The translations under genes were made by a program, and so were the position numbers. Positions 39,706 to 49,129 of a DNA stretch of 64,000 bases are shown one piece after another. Location: positions 7,702-71,701 of the forward strand of contig DASPRP010000002.1 of NCBI GenBank assembly GCA_035624385.1. The letters run 5' to 3'. Under the pieces are notes generated by a model. That model did not search any database and was not told where the DNA came from. It worked only from the letters and a program-made list of their open reading frames with translations. This DNA is from Steroidobacteraceae bacterium (GTDB lineage Bacteria > Pseudomonadota > Gammaproteobacteria > Steroidobacterales > Steroidobacteraceae). Numbering within the stretch: position 1 is the stretch's first letter; each line of letters opens with the position of its first letter.

Positions 39706-40158
39706 ATGCACTCGGGGCGGGCAACGGCCACCATGGCGCGCAGCGGCGTTTTCGTCGCGCTGCTCGCGCTCGGAGCCTGCAGCCACCTGCACTGGCCGTG
39801 GCACAAGGCGCCGCCGCCGCCTCCGGCGCCGGTGCACGCGCTGGACATCAGCGGCGCGGTGACGCCGGCCCAGTACTGGAAGCGCAACACGCTGCTCATC
39901 GACCTGAGTGCCGCGAGCGGCGCAGGTCACATCGTGCTAGCGCCGGCGGCGGGCTCGACCTGGCCGGTGCGGCTCGCCTTCAGGGTGACACCGGGCGCGT
40001 TCGGGGCGCTCGACGTGCGCGGCGCGGCGCGCTCGGTGCTGCCGATCGAGCCTTCGGGGACCGGACCCGTGGACCTCGAGCTGACGCCGGATATCTACAC
40101 GGCCAGCACGCCGCAGATCACCGTGTCGTGGGGGCCGGCCGAGGCGGCCCAGCCCTAG
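39706..40158 (+). CDS. Hypothetical lipoprotein
   Basis: Track ORF 39643..40158, trimmed to the ATG at 39706 (AAGGAG RBS). Lipobox in VFVALLALGAC. The stop overlaps the convergent apaH stop within CTAG. Confidence 0.6.
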   Translation: MHSGRATATMARSGVFVALLALGACSHLHWPWHKAPPPPPAPVHALDISGAVTPAQYWKRNTLLIDLSAASGAGHIVLAPAAGSTWPVRLAFRVTPGAFGALDVRGAARSVLPIEPSGTGPVDLELTPDIYTASTPQITVSWGPAEAAQP

Positions 40159-40976
40159 TCGTCGGGCCGCTGGTAGCCGGCGCAGGGCACGGTGACCGGG
40201 GCACGCCCCGCATCCAGATCGAGCGCGCTCAAGGCTCCGCCCCACACGCAGCCGCTGTCGAGCCCGACCACGCCGTGGCTCAGCACCAGGCCCAGCGCCG
40301 ACCAGTGCCCGAAGACGATGCGCGTCGGACGGCTGGCACGCGCCTCGAACGTGAACCACGGCCGCAGCGGCGAGGGCGGCAGCGGCGGCGCGCCCTTGAG
40401 CGAGAGGTCGATGCGTCCCTCGGCTGTGCATACCCGCAGGCGCGTCAGCACGTTGATCGCGAAGCGCAGTCGCGCCGGACCCGAGAGCTCCGCACTCCAC
40501 TCATCGGGCTCGTTGCCGTACATGTGCTCGAAGAGCCGGCGTGGGTCGCGCTCGAGCGCCGCCTGCACCTCGCGCGCGAGCTCGAGTGTCAGGGCGACGG
40601 TCCACTGCGGCAGGATGCCGGCGTGCACCATGAGATCGCCCGCTTCGCTGTGCGCCAGCGGGCGGGCCAGGAGCCACTCGATGAGCGCGTCGCGGTCGGG
40701 GGCCGCCAGCACCTCGTCCAGGGTGTCGGTCCTGCGCTTGCCGCGGCTGCCGTGCACGAGCGCCAGCAGGTGCAGGTCGTGGTTGCCGAGTACGACCACG
40801 GCGTTGTCGCCCAGCGCGCGCACCAGGCGCAGCGTCTCGAGGGAGCGCGGTCCGCGATTGACGAGATCGCCGACGAACCACAGCCGGTCGCGATCCGGCG
40901 AGAACTTCAGCCGCGCGAGAAGTGTCCGCAGTTCCTCGTGACAGCCTTGCACGTCGCCAATCGCATAGCGCGTCAC
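40155..40976 (-). CDS. apaH: Bis(5'-nucleosyl)-tetraphosphatase (symmetrical) ApaH
   Basis: 273 aa with a GTG start overlapping the apaG stop. [17 protein letters not shown]...[17 protein letters not shown]...[10 protein letters not shown] is the ApaH metallophosphatase signature. Confidence 0.93.
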   Translation of the reverse strand: MTRYAIGDVQGCHEELRTLLARLKFSPDRDRLWFVGDLVNRGPRSLETLRLVRALGDNAVVVLGNHDLHLLALVHGSRGKRRTDTLDEVLAAPDRDALIEWLLARPLAHSEAGDLMVHAGILPQWTVALTLELAREVQAALERDPRRLFEHMYGNEPDEWSAELSGPARLRFAINVLTRLRVCTAEGRIDLSLKGAPPLPPSPLRPWFTFEARASRPTRIVFGHWSALGLVLSHGVVGLDSGCVWGGALSALDLDAGRAPVTVPCAGYQRPDD

Positions 40977-41353
40977 TGCACGATGCCGGGCATGGCGAGG
41001 CGGAATGGCTCGATCGGCGCATCGAAGTGCGCACCGTCGTCCGCCAGCATCTGGTAGCTGCCCTGCATGGCGCCGACCGGCGTCTCGAGCACCGCGCCGC
41101 TCGAGTAACGGAACCCCTGCCCGGGCTTGAGGTAAGGCTGCTCGCCCACCACGCCGTCGCCGCGCACTTCCTCCACCTTGCCGTTGGCGTCCGTGATCAC
41201 CCAGTGCCGGGTCAGCAGCCGCGCCGGCACCTGGCCCTCGTTGCGGATGGTGATCGTGTAGGAGAAGACGAAACGGCTTTCACGCGGATCGGACTGCTCG
41301 TCGAGATAGCTGGTCTCGACATCGACGCGGATCTTGTGGTCCGGATGCGTCAT
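40973..41353 (-). CDS. apaG: Co2+/Mg2+ efflux-associated protein ApaG
   Basis: 126 aa. [33 protein letters not shown]...[13 protein letters not shown]...V.G.GVVGEQP.L.PG..F.Y.S matches ApaG/DUF525. Confidence 0.93.
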   Translation of the reverse strand: MTHPDHKIRVDVETSYLDEQSDPRESRFVFSYTITIRNEGQVPARLLTRHWVITDANGKVEEVRGDGVVGEQPYLKPGQGFRYSSGAVLETPVGAMQGSYQMLADDGAHFDAPIEPFRLAMPGIVQ

Positions 41354-41377
41354 GTGGCGGATTCTAGCAATTCTGCT

Positions 41378-41815
41378 TCAGCTGCGGCCGACCCGCATGG
41401 CGAGCACGTCGCACGGGGCGGCGTGCAGCACCGTGTCCTCGGTGAGATTGACCAGTATCGAGAGACCGTGGCGCTCGCGGCTGCCCAGGACGATGAGATC
41501 GGTGTGGTGCTCGCGTGCCACGCGCACGATCTCGGATTTGACATTGCCGCTCTCTACCTGGCAGGTCGCCCCGGTCAGCCCCAGGTCGGCCGCGAGGGCG
41601 GTGAGGCGCTGCCGGGCGCGCTCGAGCAGCTCCTCCTCGATCGGCACCGACGGCATCAGCGTCTCGCCCATCGGCTCGACCGGCACGAACTCGACGACGT
41701 GCAGCAGCTCGATCTCGGCGGCCAGCGCCGTGGCGAGCGCCGCGGCCCGGCGCCCCAGGATCAGGCTGTCTTCGGTCAGATCCACGACCAGCAGGATGCG
41801 ACGGTACACCGTCAT
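41378..41815 (-). CDS. Universal stress protein (UspA family)
   Basis: Track ORF 41378..41965, trimmed to MTVYRRILLVVDLTEDS (cat at 41813-41815). HTDLIVLGSRERHGLSILVNLTEDTVLHAAPCDVLAMR is the Usp C-terminal ATP-binding-type motif. Confidence 0.85.
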   Translation of the reverse strand: MTVYRRILLVVDLTEDSLILGRRAAALATALAAEIELLHVVEFVPVEPMGETLMPSVPIEEELLERARQRLTALAADLGLTGATCQVESGNVKSEIVRVAREHHTDLIVLGSRERHGLSILVNLTEDTVLHAAPCDVLAMRVGRS

Positions 41816-41858
41816 CAGAGTCTCCCTGCAGCTCGCCCCCGATAGCTTAAGCCTAACG

Positions 41859-42668
41859 TCAGACGCGTTCCCGGTCGAGCGCCAGCGCCAGAGTGTTGAA
41901 GTCCTCAGGTCGCAGGGTCTCGGGGCGCGCGCCCGCATCGAGCCCGCAGGCGGCGATCTGCTCACGGCTCATGAGGCGCGCGAGGGCGTTGCGCAGCGTC
42001 TTGCGGCGGTGCGCGAAGGCGGCCTGCACCACCTCGGCGTAGTGTGGACTCACTGCGAAGCGCGGCTGGGTGAGCACCGTAAGGCGCGCCACCGCCGACC
42101 ACACCCTGGGCGGGGGCTGGAAGGCGCCGGGACCCAGGTCGAAGAGCCGCTCGACGCGCATGCGCGGGGCGAGCATCACCGTGAGCCGCCCGTAATCGGC
42201 GCCGCCCGGCTCCGCCGCGAGGCGCGTCACCACCTCCCGCTGCAACATAACGTGGGCATCCGCGATCGCGTCCGCGTGCCTGTTCAGGTGAAACAGCAGC
42301 GGGGTCGAGATGTTGTAGGGCAGGTTGCCAATGATGCGCAGCCGCCCGCCGCGCAGCGCGGCGAGCTGCGTGAAGTCGAAGTCCAGGGCGTCGCCGACGT
42401 GCAGCGTGTGACGGGCCGCGGCGCCGAAGGCGGCGCTCAAGGCCGCGGCGAGGTCGCGGTCGATCTCGATGGCATCGAGCGTGCAGTCCTCGTACGCCAG
42501 CAGCCGCCGGGTGAGCGCGCCGCGCCCCGGTCCGATCTCGACCAGGTGGTCACCGGCGCGCGGCGCCAGCGCCGCAAGGATGCGCTCGATCGCGCCCCGA
42601 TCGTGCAGAAAATGCTGGCCGAAGCGCTTGCGGCGCGGCGGCCGGCTCGAGCGTGCGGCGCGCGCCAC
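41859..42668 (-). CDS. rsmA: 16S rRNA (adenine1518/1519-N6)-dimethyltransferase RsmA/KsgA
   Basis: 269 aa. RKRFGQHFLHD..AIERI, LVEIGPGRGALT and GNLPYNISTPLLFHL are KsgA signatures. Confidence 0.93.
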   Translation of the reverse strand: MARAARSSRPPRRKRFGQHFLHDRGAIERILAALAPRAGDHLVEIGPGRGALTRRLLAYEDCTLDAIEIDRDLAAALSAAFGAAARHTLHVGDALDFDFTQLAALRGGRLRIIGNLPYNISTPLLFHLNRHADAIADAHVMLQREVVTRLAAEPGGADYGRLTVMLAPRMRVERLFDLGPGAFQPPPRVWSAVARLTVLTQPRFAVSPHYAEVVQAAFAHRRKTLRNALARLMSREQIAACGLDAGARPETLRPEDFNTLALALDRERV

Positions 42669-42673
42669 GGGCG

Positions 42674-43663
42674 CTACCGCGCGGCGAGCTCGATCGCGAG
42701 TTGCACGGCGGCAGTGAGGCTGCCGGCGTCAGCCCTGCCGGTGCCGGCCAGCTCGAGGGCCGTACCGTGGTCCACCGAGGTGCGCACGAAGGGCAGTCCC
42801 AGCGTCACATTCACCGCGCTCTCGAAGCCGGCGTGCTTGACCACCGGCAGCCCCTGGTCGTGATACATCGCGAGCACCGCATCGAAGTCCGCCAGCAGGC
42901 GCGGCACGAACACCGTGTCGGCCGGCAGCGGGCCGCTCGCCTTGAGGCCCGAGCGCTGCATTCTCGCGACTGCGGGCCCGATCACCTTCAGCTCCTCGTC
43001 CCCGAGGTAGCCGCCCTCGCCGGCGTGCGGATTCAGGCCGCAGACGGCGATGCGCGGCGCGCGGATGCCCCACCACCTTTCGAGGTCGCGCGCCAGGATC
43101 GCGGCCGTGTCGCACAGCGAATCCACGCTGATCGCAGCGCTGACCGCCGCGAGCGGCAGGTGCGTGGTCGCGAGCGCCACGCGCAGCGTTCCGGCGGTGA
43201 GCATCATGACGGGATGCGCAGCATGAGCGCGCTGCGCGAAATACTCGGTGTGGCCGAGGAAGGCCACCCCGGCATCGTTGATCACGCCCTTGTGGACGGG
43301 TGCGGTGACCACGGCGTCGAATTCCCCGGCGAGCGCGCCGTCGATGGCGCGGTCGAGAAGCGCGAGCACGTAGGGCGAGTTGCGCAGATCGAGCCGCCCG
43401 GGCGCGCTCGCTGCCCTGAGCGGCTCATGCTCCACCAGCAGCGTGCCCGGCCGGTGCCGCTGCCGCACGGCAGCAGTACGGGCGTGCGCCGCGTAGGGGA
43501 GCAGCTCGATACCCGCAGCCGTGAGACGGGCACGCTCGCCGAGCAGCGTGACGTCGGCGAGACACACGAGCTCACAGGCGAGCTCGCGCCTGGCGAGCGT
43601 CAGGCACAGCTCGGGACCGATCCCCGCCGGCTCTCCCGAAGTGACCGCGATGCGGGGAATCAT
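42674..43663 (-). CDS. pdxA: 4-hydroxythreonine-4-phosphate dehydrogenase PdxA
   Basis: 329 aa. IAVTSGEPAGIGPEL, TAPVHKGVINDAG..F.GHTEY, CGLNPHAGEGG and YHDQGLPVVKH..F..AVNVTLGLPFVRTSVDHGTA. Confidence 0.93.
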   Translation of the reverse strand: MIPRIAVTSGEPAGIGPELCLTLARRELACELVCLADVTLLGERARLTAAGIELLPYAAHARTAAVRQRHRPGTLLVEHEPLRAASAPGRLDLRNSPYVLALLDRAIDGALAGEFDAVVTAPVHKGVINDAGVAFLGHTEYFAQRAHAAHPVMMLTAGTLRVALATTHLPLAAVSAAISVDSLCDTAAILARDLERWWGIRAPRIAVCGLNPHAGEGGYLGDEELKVIGPAVARMQRSGLKASGPLPADTVFVPRLLADFDAVLAMYHDQGLPVVKHAGFESAVNVTLGLPFVRTSVDHGTALELAGTGRADAGSLTAAVQLAIELAAR

Positions 43664-43685
43664 GGGGGGCGCGCGCCCCTGCCGC

Positions 43686-45008
43686 TTAGGACTTGTACTC
43701 TACGTACGCCTCATCGCGCAGGCGCCGCAGCCAGATCTCGGTCTCCTCGTCCGCCTTGCTGGCGCGGATCGACTCCATGGCCTTGCGCCGCTTGACCTCG
43801 TCGGTGTTGTCGAACTGGCGATGGCCGAGCATCTGCACGATGTGCCAGCCGTACTGCGTCTTGAACGGCTCGCTGATCTCGTCGTCCTTGAGTGCCGCGA
43901 GCTGCTGCTCGAACTCGGGCACGAAGGTGTTAGGTCCAGTCCAGCCCAGATCCCCGCCCTGAGCGGCCGAGCCCGGATCCTCGGAGTTGGTCTGGGCGAG
44001 GCCGGCGAAGTCCTCACCCTTGAGGATCCGCTCGCGCAGCGTGTTGAGCTTCTGCCTGACGGTGGCATCGTCGGCGAGCTCGTTGGTCTTCATGAGGATG
44101 TGGCGCGCGTGGACCTGATTCTCGATGGCCTTGACCTCGGAGCCGCGGACCTCATTGAGCCTCACCAAGTGGAAGCCGGTCGGCGTGCGTATCGGCTGGC
44201 TCACCTGGCCCGGCTTGAGCTTTGCCACCACGTCGGTGAGAAAGGTCGGCAGCTCCGTCTCCTTGCGCCAGCCGAGCGAGCCTCCCTCGAGCGCGGTCTG
44301 GCTGTTGGAGTAGGCGACCGCAAGGCGCGCGAAGTCCTCGCCGCCCGAGGCCTTCTGGTAGACCTCGGCGGCGCGGCTGGCGGCGGCATCCAGCTGCGCC
44401 GGCGTCGCCTCCTGCGGTACCGCGATCAGGATGTGGGAGACGTTGTACTCGTTGTTCTGCGAAGGCATCTTCGCCTGCTTCTCGAGGTACTGATCGATCT
44501 CCTTCGGGGTGACGACGATGCGCTCCAGCACGTCCCGCTGCCGCAGCATCGAGAGCGTGATCTCCTTGCGCAGATCCTCGCGATAGGCCGTGTACTCGAG
44601 TCCCTGGGCGGCGAGCGCCTGCGGCAGCTGCGACAGGGTAAGGTTGTTGCGCCGCGCGACGTCCTCGAGCGCGGCATTCAGCGTCTCGTCGGCGACCTTG
44701 ATGCCGTCGTGATGCGCGCGCTGCACCTGTATCTCCTGCACCACCAGCCGCTCCAGTACCTGCTGACGCAGCACGTTCTGCGGCGGCAGCTCGAGCTTCT
44801 GCGCGCGCAGCCGCTCGCTCACCACCTCGACCTGCGTCTCGAGGTCGCTGTCGAGCACCACGCCGTCGTTGACGATGGCGGCGATGCGATCGAGCAGCGC
44901 GCCGCGGGTGTCGAGCTCGCGGGTCTGAGCTGCCGCGCGTCCGCACACGGCGAGCGCCGTCACGCTCACTGCAATAAAGGTGAGGGCCGGGGTCACCATC
45001 CGCCGCAT
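43686..45008 (-). CDS. surA: Periplasmic chaperone / peptidyl-prolyl isomerase SurA
   Basis: Track ORF 43686..45557, trimmed to MRRMVTPALTFIAVSVTALAVCGRAAAQ (Met 184 of the track ORF). Has the N-terminal SurA domain (LDRIAAIVNDGVVLDSDLE) and two parvulin domains (HILI... and ARHILMK...GGDLGW). Confidence 0.9.
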   Translation of the reverse strand: MRRMVTPALTFIAVSVTALAVCGRAAAQTRELDTRGALLDRIAAIVNDGVVLDSDLETQVEVVSERLRAQKLELPPQNVLRQQVLERLVVQEIQVQRAHHDGIKVADETLNAALEDVARRNNLTLSQLPQALAAQGLEYTAYREDLRKEITLSMLRQRDVLERIVVTPKEIDQYLEKQAKMPSQNNEYNVSHILIAVPQEATPAQLDAAASRAAEVYQKASGGEDFARLAVAYSNSQTALEGGSLGWRKETELPTFLTDVVAKLKPGQVSQPIRTPTGFHLVRLNEVRGSEVKAIENQVHARHILMKTNELADDATVRQKLNTLRERILKGEDFAGLAQTNSEDPGSAAQGGDLGWTGPNTFVPEFEQQLAALKDDEISEPFKTQYGWHIVQMLGHRQFDNTDEVKRRKAMESIRASKADEETEIWLRRLRDEAYVEYKS

Positions 45009-45040
45009 CGCTTCGTTCCTCGTGGGTTCTGATGAGGCCC

Positions 45041-47392
45041 TCAGGGAGCCTTGATCTTCTGCGCACTCGTATCCGCGGGAGTGTAGCCACGGATCTCCTC
45101 GCTCAGCGAGGTGTCCGACGCCGATCCGACACCGGCCAGGCCCGCAAGTTCCAGCTGCAGCCAGATTCCCGTGTCCCGGGAGCCGGTGAAGCTGCTGACA
45201 TAGCGCCGGGCGCCGAGCCGCAGCCGCCAGCAGCACGCACGGTACTCGAAGCCGGCGAATCGCTCCAGCTCTTCGTGGTTGTGCAGGTCGTAGACCTCGC
45301 GCGCGAAGATGTTCCAGGAGCGGTGGATGGGCCAGGCCAGCGAGCCGTCGACCTGGTCGAAGCCCTGGGCATCGCACCCCGAGGGCACCCCCGGCACGAC
45401 CGCCGCCGGGTCGCAGGGCAGCTCCACCCCCTGCACGAACTCCGGCACCTGCACGAAGCGCTCGTAGCGGTAGCTGAGATTGACCACCGCGTCGGGCGCC
45501 GGCTTGTACTGCAGGTTCAACTGCGTGCGCTCGCTGCGCTGGTTGTCGGGGTCCCACTGGACGGCGGCGTCCGCGTTCCAGTTCGCGAAGGCGGTAATGG
45601 CCACCTGCGCGACGAAGTCGGAGTGCGGGGCGGCGATGGGCGTCTCGCCCGGCAGCGTCACGCGCGGGGTCGTGAAGTAGTAGCTCTGGCCGATGGTCGC
45701 GGTCAGGAACTGCCGGCCGCTCTGCGCATCGAGCAGCCGGCTGGTGAGCCCCGTCGTCAGCTGATTGGCATCGCTCACCCGGTCGGCCCCCACGTAGCGG
45801 TTGACGCGGAACAGCTGCACGGGATTCAGGTCGGGGAGAGCCGTGTCGAACACCGGTAGCGCGTTCTGGTCGCGGTAGGGGACGTAGACATACTGGACGC
45901 GCGGCTCAAGGGTCAGTGTGCGCTGCCCCTGCGAGCCGGACTCGCGCTCGAACACGAGGCCGGAGTCGACGCTCGCGAGCGGCAGAGTGCGCGACAGCGA
46001 GGTCGGCGCACCCGGCAGGGTATCGGCGAGCTGGTAGAAGGTACCGCGCCAGGCGAGCGCCGGGCGGAGGAAGTAGCCGGGGCCGGCGAGATCGAGCGAC
46101 GCCCGGGGCGTCACATCCTCGCGCCAGCCGTTCGGCAGCGGCGGCAGCCCGGGCGCAATCGGCGAGTGCTGGAAGTCGACGATCTCCGAGTCGAAGCCGT
46201 AGTGCACGACGCCGAGCAGAGTGTAGTCGCTGTCCACCACCAGCTGCGGCACGCGCGCATAGGGACGCTCGACGACGAACAGCGTGGTGTCGATCGTCTG
46301 GTACTGCTGTGCCTGGCCGTCCACGCGCCAGTGCTCGTCGCGGTAGGAGAGCGTGGCGCTGCGGTCGAGGAACAGGGTGCTGGTGCCGGCCGGGCTCTGG
46401 GAGAAATCCTGGAAGTAGAGCGTGTCGCTCACGGCCTGCGCATCGAGCGTCAGGCGCAGATCGGCGGGCAGCTGCGCCACGTCGTTGAGCTGCACGCGGC
46501 TGCGGCTGCCACCGTAGGTCGTGTCGTCCGGCAGGTAATTCCACTGCAGCTCCCCATGCTGGCTCTCGGTGAGGAAGCGCAGGTCGCCCCCGAGGTCGAA
46601 GCCGCGCTTGGTGTACCCGACCGGCTGGAAGGTGAAGTCGGCGTTGGGTGCGATGTTCCAGTAGTAGGGCACGGCGAGCTGGAAGCCGCTGCTCGAGGTG
46701 CTGCCGATGCTCGGGAAGAGGAAGCCGCTCTTGCGCTCGCTGCTCAAGGGGAACGACACCCACGGCAGGTACATGAGCGGCACACCGAAGAAATCCACGC
46801 GCGCGTCGCGCCCGGTGCCGACCTGGTTGCGCGTGTCGAGGGTGATGCTGTCGGCCTTGAGCTGCCACGCCTCGTGGCTCAGCGGGCAGCTCGTGAAGGT
46901 GACGTCTTTCAGGCGCAGCACGCCTTGCGGCGTCAGCTGCAGGCTGCTCGAGGCGCCGCGCGCGCTGCGCTCGCGCAGCTCGAACTGCGCGCCCTGGAAC
47001 TCGGCCCCGGAGGCGGCCGAGTAGCTGCCGGCCGCTCCGGTCACGTGCACCGAGGGGTCGGTGTACTCGATACGCCCGTCGCTCTTCACGTACTGGTTGG
47101 GCTTGTCGATCTGCATCGCGCCGGCGCGCAGCTCGACCTCGCCCTGGCGCACCACCACGTTGCCCTTGAGCGACCCGCGGCCGTCGACGCCGACGTCGGC
47201 GCTGTCGCTGGTGATCTCGATGTTGCCGACGCCGCGCGGAGCGTGGTGGGCCGGCGCGGCCGCCGCGGGCACGCCCGGCGGCGCACTCTGTGACGGACAG
47301 GGCGGATCCTCGGCCCGGGCAGCGGGCAGGATGCTGCCGAGCGCGGCGATGGCGAGGAACAGTGGGCCCGGACGCAGCATTAAGGGCGGCAT
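45041..47392 (-). CDS. lptD: LPS-assembly outer-membrane protein LptD
   Basis: Track ORF 45041..48238, trimmed to MPPLMLRPGPLFLAIAALGSILPAARA (cat at 47390-47392; an alternative Met is at 47380). Has an N-terminal OstA-like domain, then a large beta-barrel with a typical C-terminal region (...YEACCW.LRL...R...). It sits upstream of surA as in E. coli and Pseudomonas. Confidence 0.9.
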   Translation of the reverse strand: MPPLMLRPGPLFLAIAALGSILPAARAEDPPCPSQSAPPGVPAAAAPAHHAPRGVGNIEITSDSADVGVDGRGSLKGNVVVRQGEVELRAGAMQIDKPNQYVKSDGRIEYTDPSVHVTGAAGSYSAASGAEFQGAQFELRERSARGASSSLQLTPQGVLRLKDVTFTSCPLSHEAWQLKADSITLDTRNQVGTGRDARVDFFGVPLMYLPWVSFPLSSERKSGFLFPSIGSTSSSGFQLAVPYYWNIAPNADFTFQPVGYTKRGFDLGGDLRFLTESQHGELQWNYLPDDTTYGGSRSRVQLNDVAQLPADLRLTLDAQAVSDTLYFQDFSQSPAGTSTLFLDRSATLSYRDEHWRVDGQAQQYQTIDTTLFVVERPYARVPQLVVDSDYTLLGVVHYGFDSEIVDFQHSPIAPGLPPLPNGWREDVTPRASLDLAGPGYFLRPALAWRGTFYQLADTLPGAPTSLSRTLPLASVDSGLVFERESGSQGQRTLTLEPRVQYVYVPYRDQNALPVFDTALPDLNPVQLFRVNRYVGADRVSDANQLTTGLTSRLLDAQSGRQFLTATIGQSYYFTTPRVTLPGETPIAAPHSDFVAQVAITAFANWNADAAVQWDPDNQRSERTQLNLQYKPAPDAVVNLSYRYERFVQVPEFVQGVELPCDPAAVVPGVPSGCDAQGFDQVDGSLAWPIHRSWNIFAREVYDLHNHEELERFAGFEYRACCWRLRLGARRYVSSFTGSRDTGIWLQLELAGLAGVGSASDTSLSEEIRGYTPADTSAQKIKAP

Positions 47393-47398
47393 TATAAT
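47391..47398. promoter_or_regulatory. Palindromic ATTATAAT (perfect TATAAT on both strands) in the lptD/amgK divergent junction
   Basis: Read directly: 47391-47398 is attataat, a self-complementary sequence. The + strand TATAAT ends 9 nt before the amgK ATG (47408). The - strand TATAAT ends 10 nt before the alternative lptD Met at 47380. Neither gene has a Shine-Dalgarno sequence. Confidence 0.3.
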
Positions 47399-47407
47399 GA
47401 CAGCCAC

Positions 47408-48460
47408 ATGTCCCATAACGACGCGCGACTTGCGCTGATCGCTGATTGGTTGTCGCGCGAGCTGCGTCTGCCGGCGGTGCGCCTGGAGCCGGCCTCGAGC
47501 GATGCGAGCTTCCGGCGCTACTTCCGCGTCTTTACCGGCGGCGCCACCTACATCGTCATGGACGCGCCGCCGCTCAAGGAGGACGTGCGGCCCTACCTCA
47601 AGGTGACGCGGCTGCTCGAGTCGCTCGGCGTGCACGTTCCGCACGTGCACGAGACCGACACGGACCGGGGGCTGCTGCTGCTCGAGGACCTCGGCAGCAC
47701 CCTGTACCTCGATCGTCTGAACGCCGGCGATGATCCCGAGCCGCTGTATCGGGATGCGCTGGCCGCGCTCGCCGTCATCCAGGTGCGCGGCCGCGAGGCG
47801 CGCCGCGAGCTCCCCCCCTACGACCACGCGGCGCTCGAGCGCGAGCTGGCGCTGATGCCCGAGTGGCTGCTCCAGCGGCATCTGGCGCTCGTGCTCTCGG
47901 CTGCGGAGACCGAGGTGCTTGCCGACAGCTTCGCCTTCCTGATCCGCGAGGCGCTCGCGCAGCCCGAGGTGTTCGTGCACCGCGATTACCACTCGCGCAA
48001 CCTCATGCTCCTGAGCGCCCGCAATCCCGGCGTGCTGGATTTCCAGGACGCGCTCTGCGGACCCGTAGGCTACGACCTGGTGTCGCTGCTGAAGGATTGT
48101 TATATCGCCTGGCCGCGGGCACGCGTGGTGGGCTGGGTGAACGGCTACCGGGCGCAGCTCGCGCGCCTGGGCGGGCCGGCGGGTGCGAGCGCGGCGGAGT
48201 TCCTGCGCTGGTTCGACCTGGTCGGCGTGCAGCGCCACATCAAGGTGCTCGGCATCTTCTGCAGGTTGTGGTACCGCGACGGCAAGAGCGGCTATCTCGC
48301 CGATCTGCCGCGCGTGCTCGCCTACGTGCGTGAGACCTGCGAGGAGTACGCGGAGCTTAAGCCGCTCGGGCGCTTTCTCGAGCGAGCGGTCGCCGCAGCG
48401 CTGCCGCGCTCGAACGCGCGGGTTCTGGCGACGCTGCCCGGCGCGGCGCCGCCCGCATGA
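47408..48460 (+). CDS. amgK: Aminoglycoside-phosphotransferase-fold kinase, AmgK-like (N-acetylmuramate/GlcNAc anomeric kinase)
   Basis: 350 aa. SDASFRRYFRV, VMDAPP and VHRDYHSRNLM are kinase-fold motifs. It is divergent from lptD and overlaps the following nucleotidyltransferase (ATGA), as in the Pseudomonas amgK-murU pair. Confidence 0.75.
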   Translation: MSHNDARLALIADWLSRELRLPAVRLEPASSDASFRRYFRVFTGGATYIVMDAPPLKEDVRPYLKVTRLLESLGVHVPHVHETDTDRGLLLLEDLGSTLYLDRLNAGDDPEPLYRDALAALAVIQVRGREARRELPPYDHAALERELALMPEWLLQRHLALVLSAAETEVLADSFAFLIREALAQPEVFVHRDYHSRNLMLLSARNPGVLDFQDALCGPVGYDLVSLLKDCYIAWPRARVVGWVNGYRAQLARLGGPAGASAAEFLRWFDLVGVQRHIKVLGIFCRLWYRDGKSGYLADLPRVLAYVRETCEEYAELKPLGRFLERAVAAALPRSNARVLATLPGAAPPA

Positions 48461-49125
48461 AGGCCATGCTGCTCGCGGCAGGCCGGGGCGAGCGCCTGCG
48501 CCCGCTCACCGATGCGCTTCCCAAACCCCTGGTGCCGGTGGCGGGCAAGCCCCTCATCGCCTGGCATCTCGCCGCGCTCGCGCGCGCCGGCTTCCACGAG
48601 ATCGTCGTCAACACCTCGTGGCTCGCGGAAAGGCTGCACGCCGCGCTCGGTGACGGCAGCGCCTGGGGCGTCTCGATCAGCTGGAGCGACGAGGGTCCGG
48701 TGCCGCTCGAGACCGGTGGCGGTATCTTGCGTGCGCTGCCGCTGCTCGGGCCGGGACCTTTCCTGGTGGTGAACGCCGACACCTGGACCGACATCGATTT
48801 CGCCAGCCTCGCGCTCGAGCCGGACGCGCACGCGCACCTGGTGCTCGTGCCCAACCCGCCGCACCACCTGCGCGGGGACTTCGGGCTCGAGGGGAATCGG
48901 GTGGTGAGCCGCGACAGCGACCGCTTGACCTATTCGGGTATCGGAGTCTATCGGCCGGAGTTCTTCGCGGACTGCGGCGGCGAGCGCTTCCCGCTGCTGC
49001 CGCTCCTCAATCGCGCCATCGCGGCGCGGCGCGTGCGCGGCGAGCTGCACTGCGGGGCCTGGAGCGATGTTGGAACCACCGAGCGGCTCGCGGCGCTGGA
49101 CGCGCGGCTGCGTGCGCTACAATGA
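48457..49125 (+). CDS. murU: Nucleotidyltransferase, MurU-like (N-acetylmuramate alpha-1-phosphate uridylyltransferase)
   Basis: 222 aa. [34 protein letters not shown] is the sugar-1-phosphate nucleotidyltransferase N-terminus. Paired with amgK. Confidence 0.75.
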   Translation: MKAMLLAAGRGERLRPLTDALPKPLVPVAGKPLIAWHLAALARAGFHEIVVNTSWLAERLHAALGDGSAWGVSISWSDEGPVPLETGGGILRALPLLGPGPFLVVNADTWTDIDFASLALEPDAHAHLVLVPNPPHHLRGDFGLEGNRVVSRDSDRLTYSGIGVYRPEFFADCGGERFPLLPLLNRAIAARRVRGELHCGAWSDVGTTERLAALDARLRALQ

Positions 49126-49129
49126 GCCG

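Noticed and set aside
40155-40158. Convergent lipoprotein and apaH genes sharing stop codons within a CTAG tetranucleotide
   Set aside because: This is a curiosity of tight packing. There is no evidence of functional significance, and the lipoprotein gene itself is a moderate-confidence call.
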